A stretch of 64,000 nucleotides of DNA, from NCBI GenBank assembly GCA_034667685.1, contig JAXDQU010000106.1, positions 1 through 64,000 on the forward strand, written 5' to 3'. This document shows positions 38,558 through 47,638 of this stretch, in pieces. A model generated the notes under the pieces. The model searched no databases. It was not told the origin of the DNA and saw only the letters and a list, made by a program, of their open reading frames with translations. The stretch comes from Thermoplasmata archaeon (GTDB lineage Archaea > Thermoplasmatota > SW-10-69-26 > JACQPN01 > JAJPHT01). Every line of letters starts with the position of its first letter. Within the stretch, counting starts at the first letter, position 1. A program made the translations under genes and the position numbers.

Positions 38558-39558
38558 GCGCCGAGGCCGCGATCCGCGCGCGCATCGCCGCGGAGGGCCC
38601 GATCCCGTTCCACGACTTCATGGCGCTCGCCCTCGCGGAATACTACGGGCGCGGTCCCGCCATCGGCCCCGGCGGCGACTTCAGCACGAGCGTGCGCTTC
38701 CCCGCGTTCCGCCGCGCGATGGCCCGGCTCGTCGCGCACGCGCGCCAGGCCGTGCCGGACCTGCGCGTGGTCGAGCTGGGCGCCGGCACGGGGCAGCTCG
38801 CGCGCAGCATCCTCGCCGAGCACCCGGGCCTCGACTACGTCACCGTCGACCCCAGCGAAGCGCTGCGCGAGCGCCAGCGCGAGGCCGGCGCGCGGCCGGT
38901 CGCCTCGCCCGGGATGCTATCACCCGCGCCCTCGCTCGTCTTCGGGAACGAGGTGCTCGACGCGCTCCCCGTGCGCCGCGTGGTGGGCGCGCCCGATGGC
39001 GGCCTGCTGGAGATCGGCGTCGACGTGAAGGAGGGACGCTTCCGCGAGCGGCTGATCCCCATGCGCGACGCGCGCGTCGAGGCGCGCCTGAAGGCCGAGG
39101 GCGTCTGGCCCGCGCGGGGGCAGGTGTTCGACGTCGCGCCCATGCTGGAGGACGTCGTCCGCGCCGCCGCGCGCCTCGTCGATCCCGGCTTCCTCGTCTT
39201 CGTCGACTACGGCGACCCCGCGCCCGCGCTCTACGGCCCGCAACGGCTGCACGGCACGCTCGCGGCGTACAAGGCGGGCGGGCGCTTCCAGGAGCCGCTC
39301 GATGAGCCGGGCCGCCGCGACCTCACCGCCGACGTCGATTTCACCGCGGTCGAGCGCGCCGCGACGGAGGCGGGCCTGGAGCCGCTCGGCCTCGTCACGC
39401 AGGGCGCGTTCCTCGAAGCGCTGGGCATCGGCGACCTGGGCCTCCCCGACGAGGTGCGCGACGTCGCGGGCATGGCCGGCCTGGGCAGCGCGTTCCACGT
39501 CGCCGCGTTCCGGCGCGGGACGAGCGCCACGCTTCCCGGCTACGCGCCTTCGCGCTGA
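38554..39558 (+). CDS. MidA/NDUFAF7-family SAM-dependent methyltransferase
   Basis: GPIPFHDFM, YY, GDFSTS, ELGAGTG, NEVLDALP, DYG, DLTADVDF. Confidence 0.9.
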   Translation: MSAEAAIRARIAAEGPIPFHDFMALALAEYYGRGPAIGPGGDFSTSVRFPAFRRAMARLVAHARQAVPDLRVVELGAGTGQLARSILAEHPGLDYVTVDPSEALRERQREAGARPVASPGMLSPAPSLVFGNEVLDALPVRRVVGAPDGGLLEIGVDVKEGRFRERLIPMRDARVEARLKAEGVWPARGQVFDVAPMLEDVVRAAARLVDPGFLVFVDYGDPAPALYGPQRLHGTLAAYKAGGRFQEPLDEPGRRDLTADVDFTAVERAATEAGLEPLGLVTQGAFLEALGIGDLGLPDEVRDVAGMAGLGSAFHVAAFRRGTSATLPGYAPSR

Positions 39559-39989
39559 GCGTCCCGAAGCTCCTCGGCGGCCTTGTGCAGCCTCGCGCGG
39601 CGCTCCAGCAGCGTCTCGACGTGCGCGCGCTGCTGCTCCGCGAGGTAGGAGGTCTCGTGCGCGGCCTCGACGCGCGGCGTGCCGGTCCCCTCGCGGCGCT
39701 CTGCCGCGATCTCGGCGTTGTGAACGTGCTCCGCGGCGCGGTTCGCGATCCGGCGCAGGCGCTCCGCGTCCGGGGGCGCGTCGCGATCCTCCAGCGCGCG
39801 CTGGGCCCGGTCCGTCAGGCGCCGCATCGCCTCCACCGCGAGGATGCGCCGCGACTCGGGCGCTCCCTCGGTCGTCGCCAGCAGGTCCATGAGCAGCGCG
39901 TCGTCCAGCGCCCGCGCCGCCTCGACGAGGGTCGCCGCGCGGCGCCGCGCCTCCTCCCAGCGGGGCCACGGGTCGTTGCGGATCGGCAT
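39540..39989 (-). CDS. Hypothetical helical protein
   Basis: ORF with typical codon usage. Confidence 0.5.
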   Translation of the reverse strand: MPIRNDPWPRWEEARRRAATLVEAARALDDALLMDLLATTEGAPESRRILAVEAMRRLTDRAQRALEDRDAPPDAERLRRIANRAAEHVHNAEIAAERREGTGTPRVEAAHETSYLAEQQRAHVETLLERRARLHKAAEELRDAQREGA

Positions 39990-40078
39990 GCGTCCGGCTC
40001 GCCCTGCGAGGGAATGCCGGCTCTGGCCCGATCCTCGCTCAGAAGCGCTTATCCCGAATCGGCCCCGTCGCGCCGCGC

Positions 40079-41674
40079 GTGCAGCCGTTCCTCCTCGGGG
40101 AGCAGCCCCTCCGCGTGCCGGACGTCGTGGACGTCGCGCGCCGCCAGCGCCGGGTCGCCCTCGCGCCCGCCGCCCGCGCCCGCATCGAGGCCTCCCGCGC
40201 GCGCGTCGTGCGCATGCTCGGCCACGACGCCGACATGCACTACGGCGTCACCAGCGACGCGCGCCTCCCGATCTCGCGCATGCAGGTCGAACGCTACGAC
40301 GCCAAGAGCGGCGTCGCGTACGGCGTCACGACCGGCTTCGGCGAGCTCGCCCGCGTCCGCATCCCCGCCGAGGACCTCGAAGCGCTCCAGCGCAACCTCC
40401 TCCTCTCGCACGCCTGCGGCGTGGGCGACCCCCTCCCCGACGAGGTCGTCCGCGCCCTCCTCCTCCTGCGCGCCGCGAGCCTCGCCGTGGGCTTGTCGGG
40501 CGTGCGCGTCGAGACCGTCGAGGCGATCCTCGCCCTGCTGAACCATGATATCACGCCCGTCGTCCCCTCGCGCGGAAGCCTGGGCGCCTCGGGCGACCTC
40601 GTGCCCCTCGCGCACGCCTCGCTGGTCCTCATCGGCGAAGGCGAAGCGCGCCACCAGGGCAAGCTCATCTCCGGCCGCGAGGCGATGGCGGCCGCGGGCC
40701 TCGCGCCGCTCGTCCTCCAACCCAAGGAAGGCCTCGCGCTGATCAACGGCACGCAGATGATGAGCGCCCTGCTCGCGCTCGCGGTCCACGACGGCTGGGC
40801 GCTCGTCCGCACCGCCGAGGTCGCGGCCGCCATGAGCATCGAGGCGCTCCTGGGCAGCGTCGCCCCCTTCGACGCGCGCCTCCAGGCCGCGCGCCCGCAC
40901 CCCGGCCAGGCCGAGACGGCGGCGCACCTGCGCGCGCTCCTGGAAGGCTCGGGGATCGTGGCGTCGCACGCCGACTGCGACCGCGTCCAGGACGCCTACT
41001 CGCTGCGCTGCACGCCGCAGGTCCTCGGCCCCGTCCGCGACGCCCTCCGCCACGCCCAGGAGCGCCTGGAGGTCGAGCTCTCCAGCGTCACCGACAACCC
41101 CCTGATCCTGGAGGACGGCGCGCACAGCGGGGGCAACTTCCACGGCGAGAACCTGGGCCTCCTCTGCGCGTACCTGGCGCCCGCGCTCGCCGAGGTCGCC
41201 GCGCTGGCCGAGCGCCGCGTCGCGCGCCTCGTCGACCCGCGCCTCTCCGAGGGATTGCCCGCCTTCCTCGTGGAGAAGAGCGGCCTCAACAGCGGACTCA
41301 TGATCCCGCAGTACGTCGCCGCGGCGCTCGTGCTGGAGAACCAGGTCCTCGCGCACCCCGCCGTCGTGGGCAGCCTTCCCACGAGCGCGAACCAGGAGGA
41401 CCTCGTGAGCAACGGCGCCGTGGGCGCGCTGCTCCTGCGCCAGATCCTGGAGAACGCGCAGCGCGTCGTGGGCATCGAGCTCCTCTGCGCCGCGCAGGCG
41501 CTCGACCTGCGCAAGCCGCTGGAGCCGGGCGTCGGCACGCGCAAGGCGCTCGCGCGCGTGCGGCAGGAAATCGCGTTCCTCCACCACGACCGGGTGCTAT
41601 CAGGCGACCTCGCGAAGGCGCACGCCCTGGTCCGCGCCGGCGCCATCCTCGCGGCGACCGGAGGCGCGCCGTAG
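40079..41674 (+). CDS. hutH: Histidine ammonia-lyase (MIO aromatic amino acid lyase family)
   Basis: YGVTTGFG, GSLGASGDL (MIO), KEGLALINGT, QDAYSLRC, GGNFHG, NQED. Confidence 0.88.
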   Translation: MQPFLLGEQPLRVPDVVDVARRQRRVALAPAARARIEASRARVVRMLGHDADMHYGVTSDARLPISRMQVERYDAKSGVAYGVTTGFGELARVRIPAEDLEALQRNLLLSHACGVGDPLPDEVVRALLLLRAASLAVGLSGVRVETVEAILALLNHDITPVVPSRGSLGASGDLVPLAHASLVLIGEGEARHQGKLISGREAMAAAGLAPLVLQPKEGLALINGTQMMSALLALAVHDGWALVRTAEVAAAMSIEALLGSVAPFDARLQAARPHPGQAETAAHLRALLEGSGIVASHADCDRVQDAYSLRCTPQVLGPVRDALRHAQERLEVELSSVTDNPLILEDGAHSGGNFHGENLGLLCAYLAPALAEVAALAERRVARLVDPRLSEGLPAFLVEKSGLNSGLMIPQYVAAALVLENQVLAHPAVVGSLPTSANQEDLVSNGAVGALLLRQILENAQRVVGIELLCAAQALDLRKPLEPGVGTRKALARVRQEIAFLHHDRVLSGDLAKAHALVRAGAILAATGGAP

Positions 41675-42195
41675 TGCCCCCCGAGCTGCGCGGCGAGCGC
41701 GTCGTCCTGCGCGCGCCCACGGAGCGGGACGTCCCCTTCCTCCTGGCGTTCGCCAACGACCCCGACCTGCGCGGGTGGCTGCGCTTCACGATGCCCACGA
41801 CCGAGGAGCTGGAGCTGCGCTGGCTCGCCAGCCTCGACGACGCGCACGACCGCGTCTGGCTCATGCTCGACGGGACGCGCGCCGTGGGCTGCGTCGGCCT
41901 GCACGGCTGGGACCCGGTCGCGCGCCACGCCGAGCTGGGCCTGGGGATCCTGCTCCCCGCGGATCGAGGGCGCGGCCTGGGCCACGAGGCGTGCGCGCTC
42001 GCCCTGCGCCACGCCTTCGACGAGATGGGGCTCCAGCGCGTCTGGCTCCACGTGATCGAGGACAACCCGGCGCGCAAGCTCTACGAGCGCCTCGGCTTCC
42101 GCGAGGAGGGGCGCCTGCGCCGGCACGTCTACAAGCGCGGCGCGTGGCGCGACAGCATCGCGATGGGCCTGCTGCGCGAGGAGCGGCGCGGATGA
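41674..42195 (+). CDS. RimJ/RimL-type GNAT acetyltransferase
   Basis: RGRGLG, N.ARKLYERLGFREEG. Confidence 0.88.
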   Translation: MPPELRGERVVLRAPTERDVPFLLAFANDPDLRGWLRFTMPTTEELELRWLASLDDAHDRVWLMLDGTRAVGCVGLHGWDPVARHAELGLGILLPADRGRGLGHEACALALRHAFDEMGLQRVWLHVIEDNPARKLYERLGFREEGRLRRHVYKRGAWRDSIAMGLLREERRG

Positions 42196-42644
42196 GCGTC
42201 TTCCTGCGCGGGCCGCGCGTCGACGTGCTCGCGAGCGACGCCGCCGACCCCGCCTTCGCCGCGGCGCGCGAGCCGTGGCTCCTTCCCGCCGGCGCGCCCG
42301 CGGTCGACGTGGACATGGACGGCGAGGTGAGCCTCGTCTGGGCGCCCGCGCGCGGCGGGAAGACGGGCGGCAGCCTCGCGCTGGCCGACGTCGACTGGAT
42401 CGCGCGCCGCGCCCTGCTCGTCGCGTACCTGGCCCCCGGCGCGCCGCGCGACCTGGCCCGCGAGGCGCTCGCGCTGGTGGTCCGCTACGCGCAGGACGAG
42501 CTCGCGCTCGAACGGCTCGACGCGCAGGTCCGCGCCGGGGACGCGGGGACGCTGGCGGCGCTCGCCGCGCTCGGCTTCGTCAAGGAAGCCGAACGGGTCG
42601 ACGTGGTCATTTGCTCGCGCCGCGTGCCCGTCCACCCGCGTTGA
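42192..42644 (+). CDS. Degenerate GNAT-like protein
   Basis: Similar layout to upstream GNAT (LRGPRV, DW..R.A, LGFVKE); ATGA overlap. Confidence 0.65.
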   Translation: MSVFLRGPRVDVLASDAADPAFAAAREPWLLPAGAPAVDVDMDGEVSLVWAPARGGKTGGSLALADVDWIARRALLVAYLAPGAPRDLAREALALVVRYAQDELALERLDAQVRAGDAGTLAALAALGFVKEAERVDVVICSRRVPVHPR

Positions 42645-42714
42645 CGGCGCGCGTCGAGAAGCCGCACCGAAGGGTTATGCGCCCCCGGTGGATTGCGCCT
42701 TGCGAGGCTGTGTC

Positions 42715-42873
42715 ATGGGCATCCGGAGCGAGACGGCGGCGTTCGCCGCGGGCGGCCTGGCGCTGATCGGCGCGTGCGTGCTCCCCTTCACCGCGGCGTG
42801 CCTCGCCGCCTGCGGCATCGCGCTCTCCGTGGGCGAGGTCCTCGTCGCGCGGCGCGCCCTCGTGGGCGCCTGA
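42715..42873 (+). CDS. Small hydrophobic protein
   Basis: 52-aa 2-TM ORF. Confidence 0.35.
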   Translation: MGIRSETAAFAAGGLALIGACVLPFTAACLAACGIALSVGEVLVARRALVGA

Positions 42874-42956
42874 GCCGGACCGCGGCAACCGTTCGGGTGC
42901 AGCGCGCGAACTTGCATCTTCGCAGGTTTGGGTCGCGGCAGCGAGGCACAACCCCC

Positions 42957-43973
42957 ATGCGCCGCTTCCTTGCCCTCAGCTTGCCTGCCATCCTGCTTCT
43001 CTCGGGCGTCACGCTCGTCGCGTCGAACGCCGCCGCGTCGGACCAGCTCTGGGACTGCCAGAGCCTCCTCAACGATGACGGCACCTGCGCGGGCTCCGTC
43101 TGCGCGGGCAACGGCGGCTGGGGCGAGTGCGCGCCGCAGACGACCGAGAAGGTCTGCACGCAGGGCCACGCGCCCTGCCAGGGGCTCGACGTCCTGTGCG
43201 TCTACGGCCCCAAGGTCAACGAGTGCCTGATGGGCTGCGCGTGCTACATCGGGGGCGCCGCCACCACGCCCCAGCCGTGCGTCGACTGCCCCACGTACCC
43301 CATCGTGTGCGTCTCCGGCGTCACGGCCGGCACGTGCGGCGACGGCGACGACGTGTGCGTCTCGATCGGCACGCTGCCGCGCCACTGCGAGGACCTGCCC
43401 GGCACGACGTGCAACGTGCCGTGCCAGCAGCACGTGGAGTGCGTCGTGTTCGTGGGCTCCGGCGCCGCGGCCGCGACGTGCTTCGTCGATGGCCGCGAGG
43501 TCGGCCCCGTGCAGACGTGCGACACGTGCGCCGTCCTCTTCGGCGTCACCTGCCAGGTCGGCACGGACGCGAACGCCTGCGACGGCGTGAGCCCGCCGCC
43601 CTGCGCGTGCATCCCGGCGAGCCAGCCCCAGCCGATCCCCGTCGCCCTCTGCGTGCGCAGCGTCAACGCGGCGCACTGCACCTGGGCCGGCCAGGACCAC
43701 CCCGCGTGCGTCACGATCAGCCAGCAGGTCCCGCAGTGCCTGCCCGACCCCGGCGTGGTCTTCACCTGTGGCGACCTCGCGCCCGCCTGCTCCGACCCGA
43801 CGAACCCGTGCGCGTGGGGCTGGATCGAGTGCGGGCCCAGCGGCCTGCCCCCGGTGCGCGCCGCGTCCCCGGTGGAGTGCATGGAGTACTACTGGTCGCA
43901 GGACTTCGGCCCCGTGAGCGTCACGATGCGCGACTCGTGTCACGTCTCGGTCGAGCAGCACGTGCTGGCCTAG
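42957..43973 (+). CDS. Secreted extremely Cys-rich protein
   Basis: Signal peptide; Cys every 5-8 residues across about 310 aa. Confidence 0.75.
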   Translation: MRRFLALSLPAILLLSGVTLVASNAAASDQLWDCQSLLNDDGTCAGSVCAGNGGWGECAPQTTEKVCTQGHAPCQGLDVLCVYGPKVNECLMGCACYIGGAATTPQPCVDCPTYPIVCVSGVTAGTCGDGDDVCVSIGTLPRHCEDLPGTTCNVPCQQHVECVVFVGSGAAAATCFVDGREVGPVQTCDTCAVLFGVTCQVGTDANACDGVSPPPCACIPASQPQPIPVALCVRSVNAAHCTWAGQDHPACVTISQQVPQCLPDPGVVFTCGDLAPACSDPTNPCAWGWIECGPSGLPPVRAASPVECMEYYWSQDFGPVSVTMRDSCHVSVEQHVLA

Positions 43974-43996
43974 AGCGCGACCAGGCGGGAGCCATC

Positions 43997-44821
43997 CTAT
44001 CGGACCGCGACCGGCTGGCCGTCCTTCTCCCGCGGTGGCGCGCGCTGCGGGCGAACGACCTCCAGGTGAGCGCCCGGCGCGATCCCGACCTCGGAGAGGA
44101 GGCGCGTGTCGCGCTCCATGCCGTGCTCCTCGGCCCATCGTGTGCCCATCTCCGGCAGCGGGGCTCCGTTCGCGCGCAAGGCCCAGCGCCGGCCGTAGGT
44201 GAACGGCGGCAGCCGCGCGTGCGCCTTGCTCAGGCGCGCCCACAGGTCGTCCAGGAAGTCGGCGCACGTGGTCTCCTTGCTCCACGGCACGAGCCAGCCG
44301 CCCGCCTCCGGCCCCAGGAGCGGCGTGGCGTCCACCGCGAGGAAAGCGGTTTCGCGCACGTTCGCCGTGACCTGCTCGATGGCGTGCCGCATGACGGCGG
44401 AAGCGGCCGAGGCGTTGCCCGGTCCCGCGAGCGCTTCGAGCGTGTCGCTGGACGTGAGCGTCAACTCCAGGGAGCGGCGCATCTCGTCGAGGATCTCTCC
44501 TCCGTCGGCGGGCGAGCGCGCCATGGCTTGGGCGTAGGCGTTCACGTCGGTGTCCTTGAAATCGGCCGGCGTGTAGAACACCTTGTTGTTCTTCCAGAGG
44601 ATGAGGAAGAAGCACGCCGCCACGCCGGTCGCAAAGAACATCGCGAAGAGGAGCGAGGCCCATTGGACGGCGCCCGTGGTCGTCGTCAGCGCGTAGGCGA
44701 ACACGCCCTCCACCAGCGCGACGAACAGGCCGATGACCCAGAGCGGGCTGAGCTGATGGCTCGCAGAAGGAAATCCCGGCACGGCGCTCGCCGCCACGCC
44801 AGCAGGGCCGCGCCATTTCAA
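43997..44821 (-). CDS. Two-TM membrane protein with C-terminal possible ubiquitin-like (beta-grasp) domain
   Basis: SPLWVIGLF..FF..LW....FYTPADF membrane module; DTRLLSEVGIAPGAHLEV at C-terminus; start uncertain. Confidence 0.55.
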   Translation of the reverse strand: MKWRGPAGVAASAVPGFPSASHQLSPLWVIGLFVALVEGVFAYALTTTTGAVQWASLLFAMFFATGVAACFFLILWKNNKVFYTPADFKDTDVNAYAQAMARSPADGGEILDEMRRSLELTLTSSDTLEALAGPGNASAASAVMRHAIEQVTANVRETAFLAVDATPLLGPEAGGWLVPWSKETTCADFLDDLWARLSKAHARLPPFTYGRRWALRANGAPLPEMGTRWAEEHGMERDTRLLSEVGIAPGAHLEVVRPQRAPPREKDGQPVAVR

Positions 44822-44837
44822 GGCGGCAGGTGGACTG

Positions 44838-46010
44838 TTATCCGATCACGAGCGTCTCCTTCTCCGGCTGCCAGCCGGGCCCGAAGCGGTCGAGCCGGTA
44901 GGGCTTCGGGTCGACGGGCGGCTGGCGCCCCAGGATCAGGTCGGCGACGATGCGCGTCGTCATGGGGCTCACCATGAAGCCGTGGCCGGAGGCGCCGTTG
45001 AGCTGGAGCAGGTTGTCGACGCCGGGCGTCGGGCCGAGGATCGGCTTGTTGTCCGGCGTGACGTCGTACGCGCCGGCCCACTGGCGCATCACCTTGACCT
45101 CGCCCAGCGTGGGCAGGACGTCGAGGAGGGCGCGCGCGACGCGCTTGGTGAAGTCGAAGCTGCTCGCGAAGTTGACGCCGGGCTTCTCGCCGGGCGTGCC
45201 GATGCCGCAGACCAATTCGCCCCGCATGTCCTGGCTCGCGTAGAGGCCGTTGCGCAGGTCGACGACCATCGGGTCGAGGAACGGCTTCAACGCCTCGGTG
45301 ACGAGGATCTCGTGGCGCACCGGCGTGTTGGGAAGCTCCACGCCCGCGAGCGCGGCCACCTCGCGGCTCCAGCACCCCGCGGCGTTGACCACCGTCTCGC
45401 ACGCCACCCGTCCGCGCGTGGTCTCGACCGCCACGATGCGGCCCCCCGAGGTCTCGAAGCCGGTGGCGCCCGTGAAGGTGCGCACGTCGACGCCCAGCTC
45501 GACGCAGCGCTTGGCGAGCCCCTGCACGACGGCCCACGGGAAGATGATGCCGTCGCCCGGATGATAGCTCGCGGCGACGAGGCCCTCCAGGTTCAGCTCG
45601 GGCACCAGGACGTGCGCCTCGGTGGGCTCGACGTAGCGGCTGGGCACGCCGTTGGCGTTGTGGAACTTGACGACGTCGCGCAGCGCGCGCGCCTTCTCCT
45701 CGTCGTGCGCGAGGAAGAGGTAGCCGCCCTGCCGGAACCAGACGTTGAAGCCCAATTCCTGGCTCATGCTGCGGAACATCGGGATGCTCTCGCGCGCCAG
45801 GACGAGGTTGTCGCCCGTGCCCCACTGCGCGCGCACGCCGCCGCCGTTCCGGCCGCTGGCGCCGTGCAGGAGATAGCTTTTCTCCAGGACGAGGACGTCG
45901 GTGACGCCGGCCAACGCGAGGTGGCGCGCGAGCCCCAGGCCGTTGACGCCGCCCCCGACGATCACGACCTGATATCGTTCCCGCAGCGGGCCCTCGGTGG
46001 TGAACCTCAC
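44838..46010 (-). CDS. FAD-dependent oxidoreductase, proline dehydrogenase/sarcosine oxidase beta-like
   Basis: IVGGGVNG, GASGRNGGGVRAQW, RQWAGAYDVTPD, SGHGFM; GTGA overlap. Confidence 0.88.
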   Translation of the reverse strand: MRFTTEGPLRERYQVVIVGGGVNGLGLARHLALAGVTDVLVLEKSYLLHGASGRNGGGVRAQWGTGDNLVLARESIPMFRSMSQELGFNVWFRQGGYLFLAHDEEKARALRDVVKFHNANGVPSRYVEPTEAHVLVPELNLEGLVAASYHPGDGIIFPWAVVQGLAKRCVELGVDVRTFTGATGFETSGGRIVAVETTRGRVACETVVNAAGCWSREVAALAGVELPNTPVRHEILVTEALKPFLDPMVVDLRNGLYASQDMRGELVCGIGTPGEKPGVNFASSFDFTKRVARALLDVLPTLGEVKVMRQWAGAYDVTPDNKPILGPTPGVDNLLQLNGASGHGFMVSPMTTRIVADLILGRQPPVDPKPYRLDRFGPGWQPEKETLVIG

Positions 46011-46276
46011 TCCGCTTCCCCCGCGAGGTAGCGCAGCGGGATGGGCTGGACGGGCGCGCGGAAGGTGATCGCGCCCAGCGCCCCGGCGGGCTGGCCCGTC
46101 TCCTCGGCGAGCATCTGGCGCGCGAGCGTCAGGCACGTCTTCCCCTGGCAGGGGCCGGTGGCGAAGCCCGTGAGGCGCTTGAGGCTCTCCAGGTCCGTGC
46201 AGCCCGCGGCGATGGCCTCGCGAAGCTCGACGTCGTTGACGTCCTCGCACGCGCATACGATGCACTTGGGGGTCAA
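46007..46276 (-). CDS. BFD-like [2Fe-2S] small subunit
   Basis: VCACEDV, LKRLTG..TGPCQGKTC, TFRAPVQPI; TTG start overlapping upstream stop. Confidence 0.85.
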   Translation of the reverse strand: MTPKCIVCACEDVNDVELREAIAAGCTDLESLKRLTGFATGPCQGKTCLTLARQMLAEETGQPAGALGAITFRAPVQPIPLRYLAGEAE

Positions 46277-47559
46277 GCGCGTGCCTCCTTCGCGGCGGCG
46301 CGCCCGGCCGCTTCGCCCTGGCGCAGGCGCTCGGCGAGGGGCGCGTCGCCCAGCACGCTGCCGCACGCGAAGACGCGCGGCGCCGGCGCGGGGCTTGCGG
46401 GCGCGAGGGCCCATCCCTTCGGCGTCAGCGCGCCGCCCGCCTGCTGCACCAATTCGACGCGCGGCGTGGCGTTGCCCGCGGCGAGCACGCAGTCGGCCTC
46501 CATGCGCTCGCCGCTTGATAGCACGACGGCCTTGACGTGGTCGGAGCCTTCGATGGCCGAGACGTCGGCGATCCGGGCCTCGGCGCCCGCCTTGCGCAGG
46601 TCGTCCGCGGCCTGCTGGCCCCAGCCCTCCGCCGAGGTGACGACGACGCGGCGCCCGGCGAGGACGCCGTGGCGGTGGAGGAGGATCAACGCGGCGCGCG
46701 CGCCCATCACACCAGGAAGGTCGTTGCCCGGGAGGAGCGGGGGGGTCTCGTGGGCGCCGGCGGCGACGACCACCGCGCGGGGGCGGCATTCGAGGATGCG
46801 TTCGGCGGTGAGGATCGCGGCGAGGCCCGGCGCGGGAAGGGCGTCTCCGTGGCCGTCCGTGGGGTAGAGGCCGAAGACGACGCTGCGCGTCAGGACGGGG
46901 CCCGCGATATCATTCAAGAGAGCGTCGGCCTGCGCGCGCTCGCCCAGGAGGAGCGAGCCCCCCGCGCGGTCGCCTTCGTCCACGAGGGCCACTCGGGCGC
47001 CTTCGCGGGTGGCGGCGCGCGCGGCGGCCAGGCCGCTGGGTCCCGCGCCCACGACGAGGACGTCGGCGTCGAGCTGGCCGATGGCGGGGCGGCGCGGGCC
47101 CATCGGCCGAAGGTCGGGCAGTTTGCCAAAGCCGGCCATGCGGCGCACGATCGCGTGGTGGATCGGGCGCAGCCACGGCGCGCGCGCGAACTGGCCGTGC
47201 ACGTCGAGCACGCGCGGGTAGGCGCGGTCGATCACCCCGAAGAAATCGCGCCGCGCGCTGGGGAACGCGTTCTGCGTCTCGACGACCATGCCATCATGGG
47301 CGGGCGTGACGCAGGCGCGCACGTTGGGCACGCCGTCCACGCGCATCAGGCAGCCCGCGCACTTGCCCGTGCAGCAGAAGAGCCCGCGCGGCCGGTGGTA
47401 CTTGATCGAGCGCATCAGGGTGCGCTCGCCGTGCGCGTGCAGCGCTGCGCCGACCGTCTCGCCCTCGAACGCCCGGATGGCGCGCCCGTCGAGGCGCAGC
47501 GTGATGGGCTTCCCGCGGAACGCCGAAGGGCCGGGCTCGACGCGGAGGTCGTGGGCCAT
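46273..47559 (-). CDS. Proline dehydrogenase/sarcosine oxidase alpha-like subunit (2Fe-2S + FAD/NAD domain)
   Basis: RSIKYHRPRGLFCCTGKCAGC, NVRAC, VVGAGPSGL, GNDLPGV. Confidence 0.88.
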   Translation of the reverse strand: MAHDLRVEPGPSAFRGKPITLRLDGRAIRAFEGETVGAALHAHGERTLMRSIKYHRPRGLFCCTGKCAGCLMRVDGVPNVRACVTPAHDGMVVETQNAFPSARRDFFGVIDRAYPRVLDVHGQFARAPWLRPIHHAIVRRMAGFGKLPDLRPMGPRRPAIGQLDADVLVVGAGPSGLAAARAATREGARVALVDEGDRAGGSLLLGERAQADALLNDIAGPVLTRSVVFGLYPTDGHGDALPAPGLAAILTAERILECRPRAVVVAAGAHETPPLLPGNDLPGVMGARAALILLHRHGVLAGRRVVVTSAEGWGQQAADDLRKAGAEARIADVSAIEGSDHVKAVVLSSGERMEADCVLAAGNATPRVELVQQAGGALTPKGWALAPASPAPAPRVFACGSVLGDAPLAERLRQGEAAGRAAAKEARA

Positions 47560-47579
47560 CTTGGGCGCCGCAGCCGGAG

Positions 47580-47601
47580 GGGGCTACTTGGGGGTTGCGG
47601 G
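47580..47601. repeat. 22-bp direct repeat, left copy GGGGCTACTTGGGGGTTGCGGG
   Basis: Identical to 54388-54409. Confidence 0.92.
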
Positions 47602-47638
47602 ACGTTTGGCCGGGTGGGGGGATGGCCGTTCCGCTCGT

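Noticed and set aside
44838-47559. Hydrogen cyanide synthase hcnABC
   Set aside because: Same superfamily, but motifs and layout fit archaeal proline dehydrogenase/sarcosine oxidase-like complexes; substrate cannot be assigned
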